This document shows positions 9,630 through 18,784 of a stretch of 64,000 nt of DNA, piece by piece (position 1 is the first letter of the stretch; every line of letters begins with the position of its first letter). Below the pieces are notes generated by a model. That model saw only the letters and a program-made list of their open reading frames with translations. It was not told the DNA's origin and ran no database searches. The DNA is from an uncultured Planctomycetota bacterium (GTDB taxonomy: Bacteria; Planctomycetota; Planctomycetia; Isosphaerales; Isosphaeraceae). The DNA lies in the NCBI GenBank assembly GCA_963823665.1, contig CAWGMQ010000005.1, positions 1,440,001-1,504,000 on the forward strand, given 5' to 3'. A program made the translations under genes and the position numbers.

Positions 9630-10001
9630 ATGAGCGAACGACCCAACCGAACCAAACGCAAGCCGCTGACGCCCGAAGAACAGGGGAAGCTCGATGAGCC
9701 CCGCCGCACCTGGCGCTCCCCCGAATACCAGGCCAAGCTTGGCCAGGACATCGAGAAGATCAGAGAGGAGTTTCCACCAAAGGAAGCGCCCCCAGTCGTT
9801 GTGGAGTTTCTCGCAAAGATCAGGCGTGAGCGAGAGCGACAAGGTCTGAGTCTGAGCGATCTGGAGCGGCGCACCGGGATCAAGAGTGCAAATCTGTCGA
9901 AGCTAGAGACGGGCAAGCATTTCAATCCGACCATCGCGACCATGGAGACGTTGGCGTCGGCATTGGGCATGCGTGTTGTGCTCGACCTCGAACACGCTTG
10001 A
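9630..10001 (+). CDS. XRE-family HTH protein (HigA-like, no toxin partner seen)
   Basis: RERQGLSLSDLERRTGIKSANLSKLETGK..NPTIATMETLASALG; purine-rich RBS before ATG 9630. Confidence 0.88.
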   Translation: MSERPNRTKRKPLTPEEQGKLDEPRRTWRSPEYQAKLGQDIEKIREEFPPKEAPPVVVEFLAKIRRERERQGLSLSDLERRTGIKSANLSKLETGKHFNPTIATMETLASALGMRVVLDLEHA

Positions 10002-10022
10002 CCGCAATTCGGCACGACTCTC

Positions 10023-10071
10023 ATAGGCGGCGCTCGAATCGAAACCGCGACTTCCACCGTGTGAGGATGGC
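10023..10071 (-). repeat. Degenerate copy of the tRNA-Val(CAC) 3' half (candidate distal att site)
   Basis: 41/49 ungapped identity to 59858-59906, including 23 identical bp GACTTCCACCGTGTGAGGATGGC (10049-10071 = 59884-59906), same orientation. Confidence 0.9.
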
Positions 10072-10146
10072 CGAGAAGCGAAGATTTCAGGAAAATAACG
10101 ACTTACGTTTTTCAAGAATCGCAAGATTCACACCGATTTCAAGGTC

Positions 10147-10167
10147 AGCGTGCAGCGAAGCGTGCAG
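10147..10167. promoter_or_regulatory. Tandem AGCGTGCAG x2 (12-bp period), candidate integrase arm-type sites
   Basis: AGCGTGCAG cga AGCGTGCAG, ~75 bp inside the tRNA fragment, after an AT-rich AATAACGACTTACG tract. Confidence 0.45.
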
Positions 10168-10175
10168 ACCCGTTA

Positions 10176-10367
10176 CTATTCGAGCCAATTCTCGAATCTG
10201 AGCCCTGGCACTTTCTCGAAGTCTCGCCGATTTGCCGTGAGGAAAAGTGCATTATTGGCCACCGCAATACAGGCCATCTTCAGATCCATCGAGCCAATTT
10301 TGACGCCCGATTTGCGGAAGCCGTGGAACAGGTCTACCGCGTCGGCACCCAGCGCAATGAGGATCAC
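10176..10367 (-). pseudogene. Internally deleted PIN/VapC toxin
   Basis: Only 63 aa. The C-terminal IGSMDLKMACIAVANNALFLTANRRDFEKVPGLRFENW is present; the N-terminal catalytic region is missing. Confidence 0.8.
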
Positions 10368-10609
10368 TCTCCGAATTCCCGGCGTGCCTCTTCCCGGTCC
10401 GTATCGCGGATTTTCCTGCCTTCTTCATCGACAATTTTCGAGAACTCTCGTCCGATGAAAATACCGGCGGCGATGCGCCAATCTTTCGCGCCGGTCGCTT
10501 GCTTCTCGTTCAGGCGGCGCTCGCTTCCGAATCGGTGCTGTCGCCCCCTCCCCTGTTTGAATTTCCGCCGCGCCGGAGGCCGATGTCCCCTCGCCCATCG
10601 GTCACACAA
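10364..10609 (-). pseudogene. Relic of the antitoxin that precedes the PIN gene
   Basis: KDWRIAAGIFIGREFSKIVDEEGRKIRDTDREEAR; its stop overlaps the PIN start (GTGA). 5' end uncertain. Confidence 0.5.
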
Positions 10610-10620
10610 TTACAGCACGC

Positions 10621-11016
10621 TCAGAACAGCCGTTCGGCGATCAGCGACTCCCTCAGCGTCAACGCCTCCTCGCATTTGATCTGGAGCACCCTGATCGTCG
10701 TTCGCCCGATGGCGGTCAAGCCGATCATTTCGGCTTCCTCATAGCGGAAGTGATGGCTCCATTTATGGCGGCGGGGATTGAACAGCCGGGTCAGCGTCCG
10801 GGTTTGCGGGTCAAGCCCGGAAATATCTGATCCCTTGAAACTATTACAATACCAACACGCGACGGCGAGGTTCGACGCGACGGTGCGCCCGCCATGCTTG
10901 CGGGCGATGATATGGTCGATCTCAAAAGGGACGTTGGTTGCTTTCTGCGGCAGCCGACAGTATTCGCATCGTCCGGCAGCCCGCTGGCGAACATGATGGT
11001 GCGGGTTGGCAACCAT
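10621..11016 (-). CDS. HNH endonuclease
   Basis: RAAGRCEYC, EIDHIIARKHGG, NLAVACWYCNSFKG, LFNPR..W..HF, GLTAIGRTT. Confidence 0.92.
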   Translation of the reverse strand: MVANPHHHVRQRAAGRCEYCRLPQKATNVPFEIDHIIARKHGGRTVASNLAVACWYCNSFKGSDISGLDPQTRTLTRLFNPRRHKWSHHFRYEEAEMIGLTAIGRTTIRVLQIKCEEALTLRESLIAERLF

Positions 11017-11020
11017 TCCG

Positions 11021-11311
11021 TCAGTGAACCGCTTTGCGTTTCTTGAGCGAACGGCGGGCTTTGGAATGCATCAGGTCGAGCAGGAAGCTAACCCGGCGAT
11101 AGTTCTCCAGAGCGGCTTTTTCTTTGGTCGTGAGCTTGCCGTCCTGGTTCTTGACCGCCAGCTCGTGCATGCGGTCGAGATCGGCCTGTTCAAAACGGAT
11201 GGCAAGCCAGCCCTCCGCAACTGCACGCGACAGGGAGTCGTCTTCAGGGCGAATCAGCCGGGACAGGATAGCGGTGTCGCTTGTGCGGGAAATGGTGGTG
11301 TCGGAAGCCAT
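11021..11311 (-). CDS. Small helical protein upstream of HNH (candidate antitoxin)
   Basis: 96 aa, RMHELAVKNQDGKLTTKEKAALENY; 4 bp from the HNH start. Confidence 0.8.
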   Translation of the reverse strand: MASDTTISRTSDTAILSRLIRPEDDSLSRAVAEGWLAIRFEQADLDRMHELAVKNQDGKLTTKEKAALENYRRVSFLLDLMHSKARRSLKKRKAVH

Positions 11312-11362
11312 AACGTAAGCTCTGGTGCCAGGTTGCGATACGCTATTTTAGCTGAACTTGAG

Positions 11363-11490
11363 ATGATTGGCAAGCTGTCCTCCAACGAGAAGCTCAACCG
11401 AATCGGTCGCGGCGAGATGTTGAACGCAAGCATTGCACTGATTGAGAACGGGATGCTTATCTCCCGGAATTCTCTTCACTGTCGAGAAGC
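11363..11490 (+). pseudogene. Degenerate PIN/VapC C-terminal relic
   Basis: KLNRIGRGEMLNASIALIENGMLISRN resembles PIN C-terminal 'KIGRADLLIASIAL....LVTRN'. Confidence 0.45.
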
Positions 11491-11592
11491 ATGCTGCCGC
11501 ACCAGCGCGCATTGCGTTGCATCGGCCACGCGATTATCGTTTGGGCGAGTGCCACCAAGCTCTTGCCGCCACCAAACGGATGAGGTAATCCC

Positions 11593-12390
11593 ATGCAGCG
11601 CTTCTATGTCGCGTTAGTCGTGAGCGTCTTTGTCTCTGGCTCGGGTCGCATGGTGTCGGCAGATGAGAAGGACGTCGAGGCCATCCTCGACAAGGCCATC
11701 AAAGCCCTGGGCGGCGAGGACAAGCTCACCAAGATCAAGGCGGTCGCCTGGAAGGGCAAGGGCAAGATGATCGTCGGCGATAACCAGGAGCATGAATTCA
11801 CGAGCCAGACAATCGCCCAGGGCCTCGACCACTTCAAGTCGGAGCTCGAGGTCGAAGGGGTCTTCGGCAGGCAGCTCCGAATGCTGTCAGTCTTGAACGG
11901 CGACAAGGTCTGGCTCTCGGTTGGCGGCATGGCGATGCAGCCCGATCACGCGCTTGCCGGGCTGAAGCGCAGCGCATACCTCACTTTGATCCCGCTGACG
12001 GTCGTGCGACTGAAGGGGCCGGGCTTCAAGGTGCAGGCTGCCGGCGACGAACAGGTCGAGGCCGAGCCCGCCTTTGTGATCAAGGTCACGTGCCCGGATG
12101 GAAGCGACATGGCAATCTCGTTCAACAAGAACAGTGGCCGTCCGGTCAAGGTGGCCGGAAAGGTCTTTGCGCTTGATGATCGGGAAGTGATGCAGGAAAC
12201 GATCTTCGGCGCCTACAAGAACTTTGGAGGAATCCACGTCGCGACCAGGCTCGAAGTCAAGATCGACGGCAAGCCCTACCGAAGGCAGGAGCTCACCGAG
12301 TTCAAGATCCTCGACGACGGTGGAGCCCTCGACATTCTCCACTCCGGCGGACGCTGGCGGCCCAGAGTGAGCTCCTGCCGTACTCGCTGA
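11593..12390 (+). CDS. Secreted hypothetical protein
   Basis: Signal peptide, then ILDKAIKALGGEDKL and a beta-rich body; GAGG RBS. Confidence 0.8.
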   Translation: MQRFYVALVVSVFVSGSGRMVSADEKDVEAILDKAIKALGGEDKLTKIKAVAWKGKGKMIVGDNQEHEFTSQTIAQGLDHFKSELEVEGVFGRQLRMLSVLNGDKVWLSVGGMAMQPDHALAGLKRSAYLTLIPLTVVRLKGPGFKVQAAGDEQVEAEPAFVIKVTCPDGSDMAISFNKNSGRPVKVAGKVFALDDREVMQETIFGAYKNFGGIHVATRLEVKIDGKPYRRQELTEFKILDDGGALDILHSGGRWRPRVSSCRTR

Positions 12391-12419
12391 GAGAATGGCG
12401 TTCCAACGAACCGGAAGAT

Positions 12420-12941
12420 TCACTCTTTCTTCCGGTACGACCGAGTCGCGTCCCGGATTGTAGCGATGGGCAGGATGAGATGCAGTTGATCGTCGATCAA
12501 CGCGGCGAAGCCGTACTTCTGGTAAAACGATCTGGCCTGCTCGTCGATCGCCTCGACTTCCACAGCGTGGACCCCAAGATTTTCCGCCAAAGTCGCGCAC
12601 CGGTCGAGCGCGTCGAGCAGGAGAATCTCCCCGAGGCGCTGGACTTGAACGGTCTGATCGACGGCCAACCGGGCCAGAAGAATCACCGGCACGGGATGGC
12701 GGAGAAGCTTCTTCGCAAAATCGCCCGGAAGATTTACAAACGGAACGGCACTCGAGGCAAGCGTGAAGTAGCCGAACACCTGCGGATCACCGGGTGTCAC
12801 GGCGACATAGGTCCGTCCGAGGTTCCGCTTCTGGTATTGGCTAACCAGACTGCGAATGAACTCATCGAGGGGTGGTTTGCCGCAGGAGAATGCAGATCGC
12901 ACATGATGGCGGTCGAGCGGTGCGATAAGCCATTCAGCCAT
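12420..12941 (-). CDS. GNAT acetyltransferase toxin (TacT/AtaT-like)
   Basis: FSCGKPPLDEF, PVPVILLARLAVD, ARSFYQKYGF. Confidence 0.9.
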   Translation of the reverse strand: MAEWLIAPLDRHHVRSAFSCGKPPLDEFIRSLVSQYQKRNLGRTYVAVTPGDPQVFGYFTLASSAVPFVNLPGDFAKKLLRHPVPVILLARLAVDQTVQVQRLGEILLLDALDRCATLAENLGVHAVEVEAIDEQARSFYQKYGFAALIDDQLHLILPIATIRDATRSYRKKE

Positions 12942-13206
12942 GGCGGCGGGTCCGCCTGGCGGCCGCGCGCCGGAGTGCGGCGTTGGCTTTGGGCGGGTTG
13001 TCGAGCAGCTCGAGGAAACGATCGCGGTCGCGATCGGACAGCGGAACAGCCGTTTCCTCGGCAAAACGAATCTCGTCTTGAGGGATGACCACAGCTTTGC
13101 GGATGCGAAGCTCGGTCTCGCTTAACTGATCGATGATCACCGTCGCATTCGCGAACGCCTTCGGAAGGCAGATCCGGCCCTTGGAGTCGGTTGATCGGGT
13201 TTCCAC
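12934..13206 (-). CDS. Antitoxin with DUF1778/TacA-like C-terminus and AbrB/MraZ-like N-terminus
   Basis: N-term TDSKGRICLPKAF; C-term LSDRDRDRFLELLDNPPKANAALRRAA; overlaps the GNAT start. Confidence 0.8.
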   Translation of the reverse strand: METRSTDSKGRICLPKAFANATVIIDQLSETELRIRKAVVIPQDEIRFAEETAVPLSDRDRDRFLELLDNPPKANAALRRAAARRTRRHG

Positions 13207-13564
13207 GTCGATAGCACCTCACTGGCATTCTTCCAGAGCTTGTGCCCAGTTTAGCGCTCTTTGAGAATGTGGGCCAGCGATATCTTCCCACTAGTGGGAG
13301 CAGACATTCTTGCGCTCCTGGCGCTCCAGTCTCCGCTCTCCGCAGTCAGATCACACTAGCGTCGAGCCATGCAATGAGGTATCGTAATATCCCTCGTGCA
13401 TGCAGTTTTCGTTTGATCAGGCGTCCAGGTTGGCGCAGGCTCAAAAGTTCGGCGCGGAAAGCCGTGCGTGGTGGGGTGGTCGGACAGCCAGCGGAAGACG
13501 GATTCCTCTGGAGTCGGTGCCGACTTCGGATGACACAACTTGAGTCCACCCACGGGGTGCTGAA

Positions 13565-14185
13565 GTGCTGTCAAGCGATGACCCGGTCACACTCTGGATT
13601 GATGAATTGCGCCAGGCCGATCAAGCAGCCGCGCGGAAGTTGTGGCATCACTTCGTCGCTCGTCTCTATGAACTAGGCCGGAAGAAACTGCGGCCGGAAA
13701 CTCGCCGGGTCTATGACGAGGAAGATGCGGCCCAGAGCGCGTTTCACAGTGTTTGCGCGGGGATCGCCGCCGGGCGATTCCCGGATCTGGGAAGCCGCGA
13801 GAACTTGTGGCACTTGCTGGTTGTGATCACCGCACGCAAAGTGGCTCATCGGCACCGGCACGATCGGCAACTGAGCCGCGATGTCCAGCGGAATTTGTCT
13901 GATTCCATCTTCGCGCGATACCGGCATGATTCTTCTTCCGCGGAGGTCGATTTGACCGTTTCGCGTGAGCCGACTCCAGAGTTTGCTGCCGAATTTGTCG
14001 AGACGTGCGAGTGTTTATTCGAAAGCCTCGACGATCCGGCGCTCAAGCAGGTTGTGACGCTGCGTATGGAAGGCTACACGGATGCCGAAGTTGCCGACCG
14101 GTTACGGTGCTCGCGACGCACCGTTCAGCGGCGACTTGAGGTCGTACGGCGTCGTTGGGGCCGTCTGGAGTTGTCGAGTGGATGA
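13565..14185 (+). CDS. ECF-type sigma factor (kinase-associated)
   Basis: VTLWIDELRQ, YDEEDAAQSAFHS, EPTPEFAA, LRMEGYTDAEVADRLRCSRRTVQRRL. Start uncertain. Confidence 0.9.
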   Translation: MLSSDDPVTLWIDELRQADQAAARKLWHHFVARLYELGRKKLRPETRRVYDEEDAAQSAFHSVCAGIAAGRFPDLGSRENLWHLLVVITARKVAHRHRHDRQLSRDVQRNLSDSIFARYRHDSSSAEVDLTVSREPTPEFAAEFVETCECLFESLDDPALKQVVTLRMEGYTDAEVADRLRCSRRTVQRRLEVVRRRWGRLELSSG

Positions 14186-17100
14186 TTTGAATCGCTATGC
14201 CATATTGTCGGACGAGCAACTCCAGGGGGTTCACGCCGCGTGTGAGACCTTCGAGGAAGCGCTGCAGAACGAACACCCGTTCCGGATCGAGGACTGCATC
14301 GCGGCGGCTGAAGAAGAAATCCGAACTCCCCTGTTTCGTGAGCTTCTCGCCATCGAGCTTGAGCGGAAAATGCCGCGCGACCGGCCTGAGCGAGTGGCCG
14401 AGTACCAAGCCCGATTTCCTGAACGCTCCGGCGACATTGAACGGGTGTACCAGGAAATATCCAGGGCAAGTCCCGCGGATGACCTACCCAAAAACTTCGG
14501 CCGCTACCGCGTCGAAAATGTTCTGGGCACTGGCGCCTTTGGGCGGGTGTACCTGGCCTACGACGAAGAGCTGAATCGCCCCGTGGCGATCAAGGTGCCC
14601 CACGCCACACTCCTGTCTCGGCCGGAGGATGCAAAACGGTAGCTGATCGAAGCCGCGTACCGTCGCCAACCTCGACCATCCCCACATCGTTCCCGTGCAC
14701 GATGTCGGCAGCACTGACGAGTGCCCCTGCTATATCGTATTCGAAGTGGATCGACGGCTCCGATCTGGCGACGCGGATCAAAAAGTCCCGACCGTCGTAC
14801 GCAGGGGCAGCCGAGCTGGTGGCAACTCTGGCCCAGGCGCTGCACTACGCCCACAAGCATGGTCTGGTGCATCGGGATGTGAAGCCGGGCAATATCCTCC
14901 TTGACCACCACGATAAGCCGTACCTCGTCGATTTCGGTCTGGCCCTGCGGGACGAGGACCTCGGTCATGGCCCACGCTTCGCCGGGACACCGCTCTACAT
15001 GAGTCCGGAACAGGCGCGGGGCGAAGGGCACCGCGTGGACGGCCGCAGCGACATTTATAGCCTCGGGGCGGTGTTTTATGAGTTGCTGGTCGGCCGCCGC
15101 ACGTTCTCCGGCCTGCGACCCAGGCAGACTTGCTGGAACAGATCGCCACGCAGGAACCCAGGCCTCTCCGCCAGATTGACGATCACGTGCCGAAGGAACT
15201 GGAGCGGATTTGCTTGAAAGCACTTGCCACGCGCGCCGGCGAGCGGTACGCAACGGCGCTCGAGATGGCCGAGGAGCTTCGGCATTTCCTGGCAACCTGC
15301 CGGGTGGAGGGTGACGGATGGCGAGTGACGGGAGAAGACGGTGCGCGCCTATCTTCGCTCGCCGCCCAGCACCCATCTCCCGCCACGCCGTGTGATTCCG
15401 ACAGCCGGCCGATCAAGATCATCCCCAAGGGCCTGCGTGCCTTCGACGAAAACGACGCCGACTTTTTCCTGGAGCTGCTTCCGGGACCGCGCGACCGCGG
15501 AGGACTGCCTGAGAGCTTGCGCTTCTGGAAAATCCGCGTCGAGGAAACGGATGCGGGGAAAACTTTCGCCGTCGGCCTGATCTACGGGCCGTCGGGCTGT
15601 GGCAAGTCGTCGCTGGTGAAGGCGGGGTTGCTGCCGCGTCTCTCCGACGCCGTGATCTCCGTTTACGTCGAAGCCACCGCCCTTGAAACGGAGACACGGT
15701 TGCTGACTGGTCTGCGGAAACGCTGCCCGGCCTTGTCCAAAAACTGGTCACTGAAAGAGACACTGGCTGCACTACGCCGCGGGCAGGGCATCGCCGAGGG
15801 TAAGAAAGTGTTGATCGTCCTGGACCAGTTCGAGCAGTGGCTCCATGCGAACAAAGCGGAAATAAACACGGAGCTGGTACACGCCCTGCGGCAATGTGAC
15901 GGCGGCCTCGTGCAGTGTGTCGTGATGGTGCGGGATGATTTCTGGCTCGCGGTCAGCCGATTTCTGCGCGATCTCGAAATCCGGCTTGTCGAGGGAGAGA
16001 ACAGCGCGCTCGCCGATCTCTTCGATACAGATCACGCCCGAAAGGTACTGGGGGCGTTCGGGCGGGCGTTCGGCAGACTTCCCGAAACGGGCGGCGACAC
16101 CTCCAAGGATCAAAAGGAGTTCTTGAAACAGGCTGTATCGGGTCTGGCGCAGGAGGGCAAGGTTGTCTGCGTGCGGTTAGCGCTCTTCGCCCAGATGATG
16201 AAGGGCAAGGTGTGGTCGCCAGCCACGCTGAGAGAAGTCGGCGGGACGGAGGGCGTTGGTGCCACGTTCCTCGAGGAGACGTTCAGTGCGGCCGGCGCGC
16301 CGCCGGAACATCGCCACCACCAGGAAGCGGCGCGGGGCGTTCTGAAGGCACTCTTGCCCGAATCCGGCATGGACATCAAGGGCCACATGCGGCCGTGCGC
16401 CCTGTTGCTGCAAGCGTCCGCCTACTCCACTCGTCCCAAGGATTTTGACGACCTGATTCGTATCTTGGACAGTGAAATCCGGCTCATCACGCCGACCGAC
16501 CCGGAAGGGTCTGGCGCCGGCCCCCGGATTTCGGCCGATCGCTACTACCAGCTCACCCACGACTATCTCGTACCGTCGTTGCGGGGCTGGCTGACACGCA
16601 AACAAAAGGAAACGAGACGTGGCCGTGCGGAGCTGCTGCTGGTGGATTGTTCGGCGGTGTGGAACGCCCGCCCGGAGAACCGCCAACTGCCGTCGCTCTT
16701 GCAGTGGTGCCAGATCAAGGCGCTCTCGCGCAAAAAGAACTGGATGCCGCCGCAGCGCAAGATGATGGGCCGGGCGACCCGGTACCATGCCCTGCGAGCT
16801 TGCGTGGCGGCCGCCTGTTTGATTTTGCTGTGCCTTCTCGGTCGGGAAAGTTATGGCCGTTTGATGGCCCACACCTTGCGAGATCGGCTGCTGGAAGCCA
16901 GCACGCCAGAGCTGCCCGGAATCGTCAAAGACCTGGCCCCATTCCGGCGCTGGCTCGATCCGCTTCTCGACGAAGCCTATCGGCAGGCCGAGCGCGAGCA
17001 CGACCCGCGAAAACAACTCCACGCCAGCGTCGCCTTGTTGCCGGCAGACCACGGGCAGTTGGACTACCTGTACGAGCGGTTGCTCACGGGGCAGCCGCAG

Positions 17101-18720
17101 GAAGTCATCGTCATTCGAGAGGCGCTTTCAGGTCACAAGCTGATTCTCACGCCACGCCTTTGGGCACTCTTGGAGGACCCCAAAAAAGACCAAGACCAGC
17201 ACTTCCGCGCGGCTTGTGCGCTCGCGGCTTTCGCCCCCGACGACCCGCGCTGGGAGAAAGTCTGTGGTAACGTGGCAGCCACGCTGGTCATCCAGAAAGC
17301 ATTTGTGATTGCCCAGTGGACCGATGCCTTCAAAGACGTGGGACGCTGGCTGATCCCGCCGCTGGCCGACTTTCTGGCAGACGAGCGACGCAGCATCTCG
17401 GAACGAGGGCTGATCGCCACGATCTATGCCACCTACTCCCCTGCCCTGCCCGATGCCTACGCGCGGCTCGAAAACAAGTTGGATGAGAAAAGCGACCCTG
17501 ATGCTTCGCTAGATGCCAGGATCGCCCTCGCCAAGCGGCAAGCCAGCATCGCGCTCGCGCTCCTGGTCATGGGGCGCGGAGAAAAGGCCTGGCCGTTGTT
17601 CGAGCATCGTCCCGACCCGACCTTGCGAAGTTATCTGATCGACCGAGCAGGTCGGGCCGGTGTCGATGCGAAAGTGCTCTGGTCACGGCTGGATGACGAG
17701 AAACAGGTCTCCGCCCGGCAAGCCATCTTGATAAGCCTGGGGGGCTTTGGCCTCGACCGCTTGGGGCTGGCCGAACGAGCCAACTTTCTACCCCGGTTGC
17801 TGCAATCGTATCGCGACGACACTGATCCAGGGATCCACGCAGCCGCCCTCTGGCTGCTGGGGCAATGGCAGGCCGATGGCAACCTCGAGGCTCTCGACAA
17901 GGGCCTCGCGACCGGTCAGGTGCAGGGAAACCGGCGGTGGTACATCAATCGCCACCGCCAGACGATGATGGTCGTTGCCGATGCCGGCGGGTTCTGGATG
18001 GGCGAAGGCGAAGAGCGTCATCGTCAGCAGATCAGCCGGCAGTTTGCCATTGCCTCAAAGCCAGTGTCGGTGTCGCAGTTCCTCGAGTTTCGCAGCGAGC
18101 ATGAATATAGCAAGAAGTACGCGCCATCACGCGACTGTCCGGTAAACATGGTGACGTGGTACGAAGCAGCGGCGTATTGCAACTGGCTGAGCGAGCAGGA
18201 GGGAATTCCGAAGGATCAGTGGTGCTACCTGGCGAATGCGGCAGGCAAGTACGAAGCGGGCATGAAGATAGCGGCGAATCATCTGCAGCGGACCGGATAT
18301 CGGCTGCCGACTGAGGCAGAGTGGGAGTATGCCTGCCGAGCCGGTGCCATTACAGGATGGTCATTTGGCGACTCAGACGAACTGCTCGGGAAGTATGGGT
18401 GGTATATGCTGAACGCAGCGAGCATGAGTCATCCGGTAGGGAGGCTCTTGCCCAACGACCTGGGTCTCTTTGACATGCATGGCAACGACTTTGAGTGGTG
18501 CCAGGATGCATACCAGGCGCTGGGCACCGGACGCGATAAAACGGCAACCGGAGATAGGGAAGATCAGGACGACGTTCGAGATGAGAATAAACGTGTCTTG
18601 CGCTCGGGCTCGTTCTCCAATCCCGCAATGATCGAGCGATCCGCCTTCCGCGCCTACAGCGTGCCGGCGAGCCGCATCACCGACTACGGCTTTCGCCCAG
18701 CAAGAACTCTCTCGCCCTGA
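14178..18720 (+). CDS. Ser/Thr kinase fused to nSTAND-like P-loop NTPase, helical repeats and a C-terminal FGE-sulfatase-fold domain (interrupted by a stop at ~14640 and frameshifts at ~14650, ~14742, ~15120)
   Basis: LGTGAFGRVY, HRDVKPGN, DFGLA, YMSPEQ; GPSGCGKSSLVKAGL, VLDQFEQ, VRDDF; RLPTEAEWEYACRAG, PNDLGLFDMHGN..EW. Could be a real pseudogene or sequencing errors. Confidence 0.85.
15301..15390. repeat. Inverted degenerate heptamer tracts inside the kinase-NTPase linker
   Basis: G-rich gggtgga gggtgac ggatggc gagtgac, then C-rich cgcccag cacccat ctcccgc cac. Confidence 0.45.
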
Positions 18721-18784
18721 AAGACCATGAGAATCCCATACTAACCCGAAGCGTTGGCGATGCCACGCCCCGAGCCGCCGTCGT

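Noticed and set aside
7700..13206. Integron cassette array explaining the TA cluster
   Set aside because: Genes are in mixed orientation, and no attC-like repeats or integron integrase were seen.
17950..18720. FGE-fold domain as a diversity-generating retroelement target
   Set aside because: No reverse transcriptase and no adenine-variant template repeat found in the window.
17950..18720. FGE domain as maturase for the nearby sulfatases
   Set aside because: It lacks the catalytic Cys motif (RSGSFSNPAMIERSA) and is fused to a kinase.
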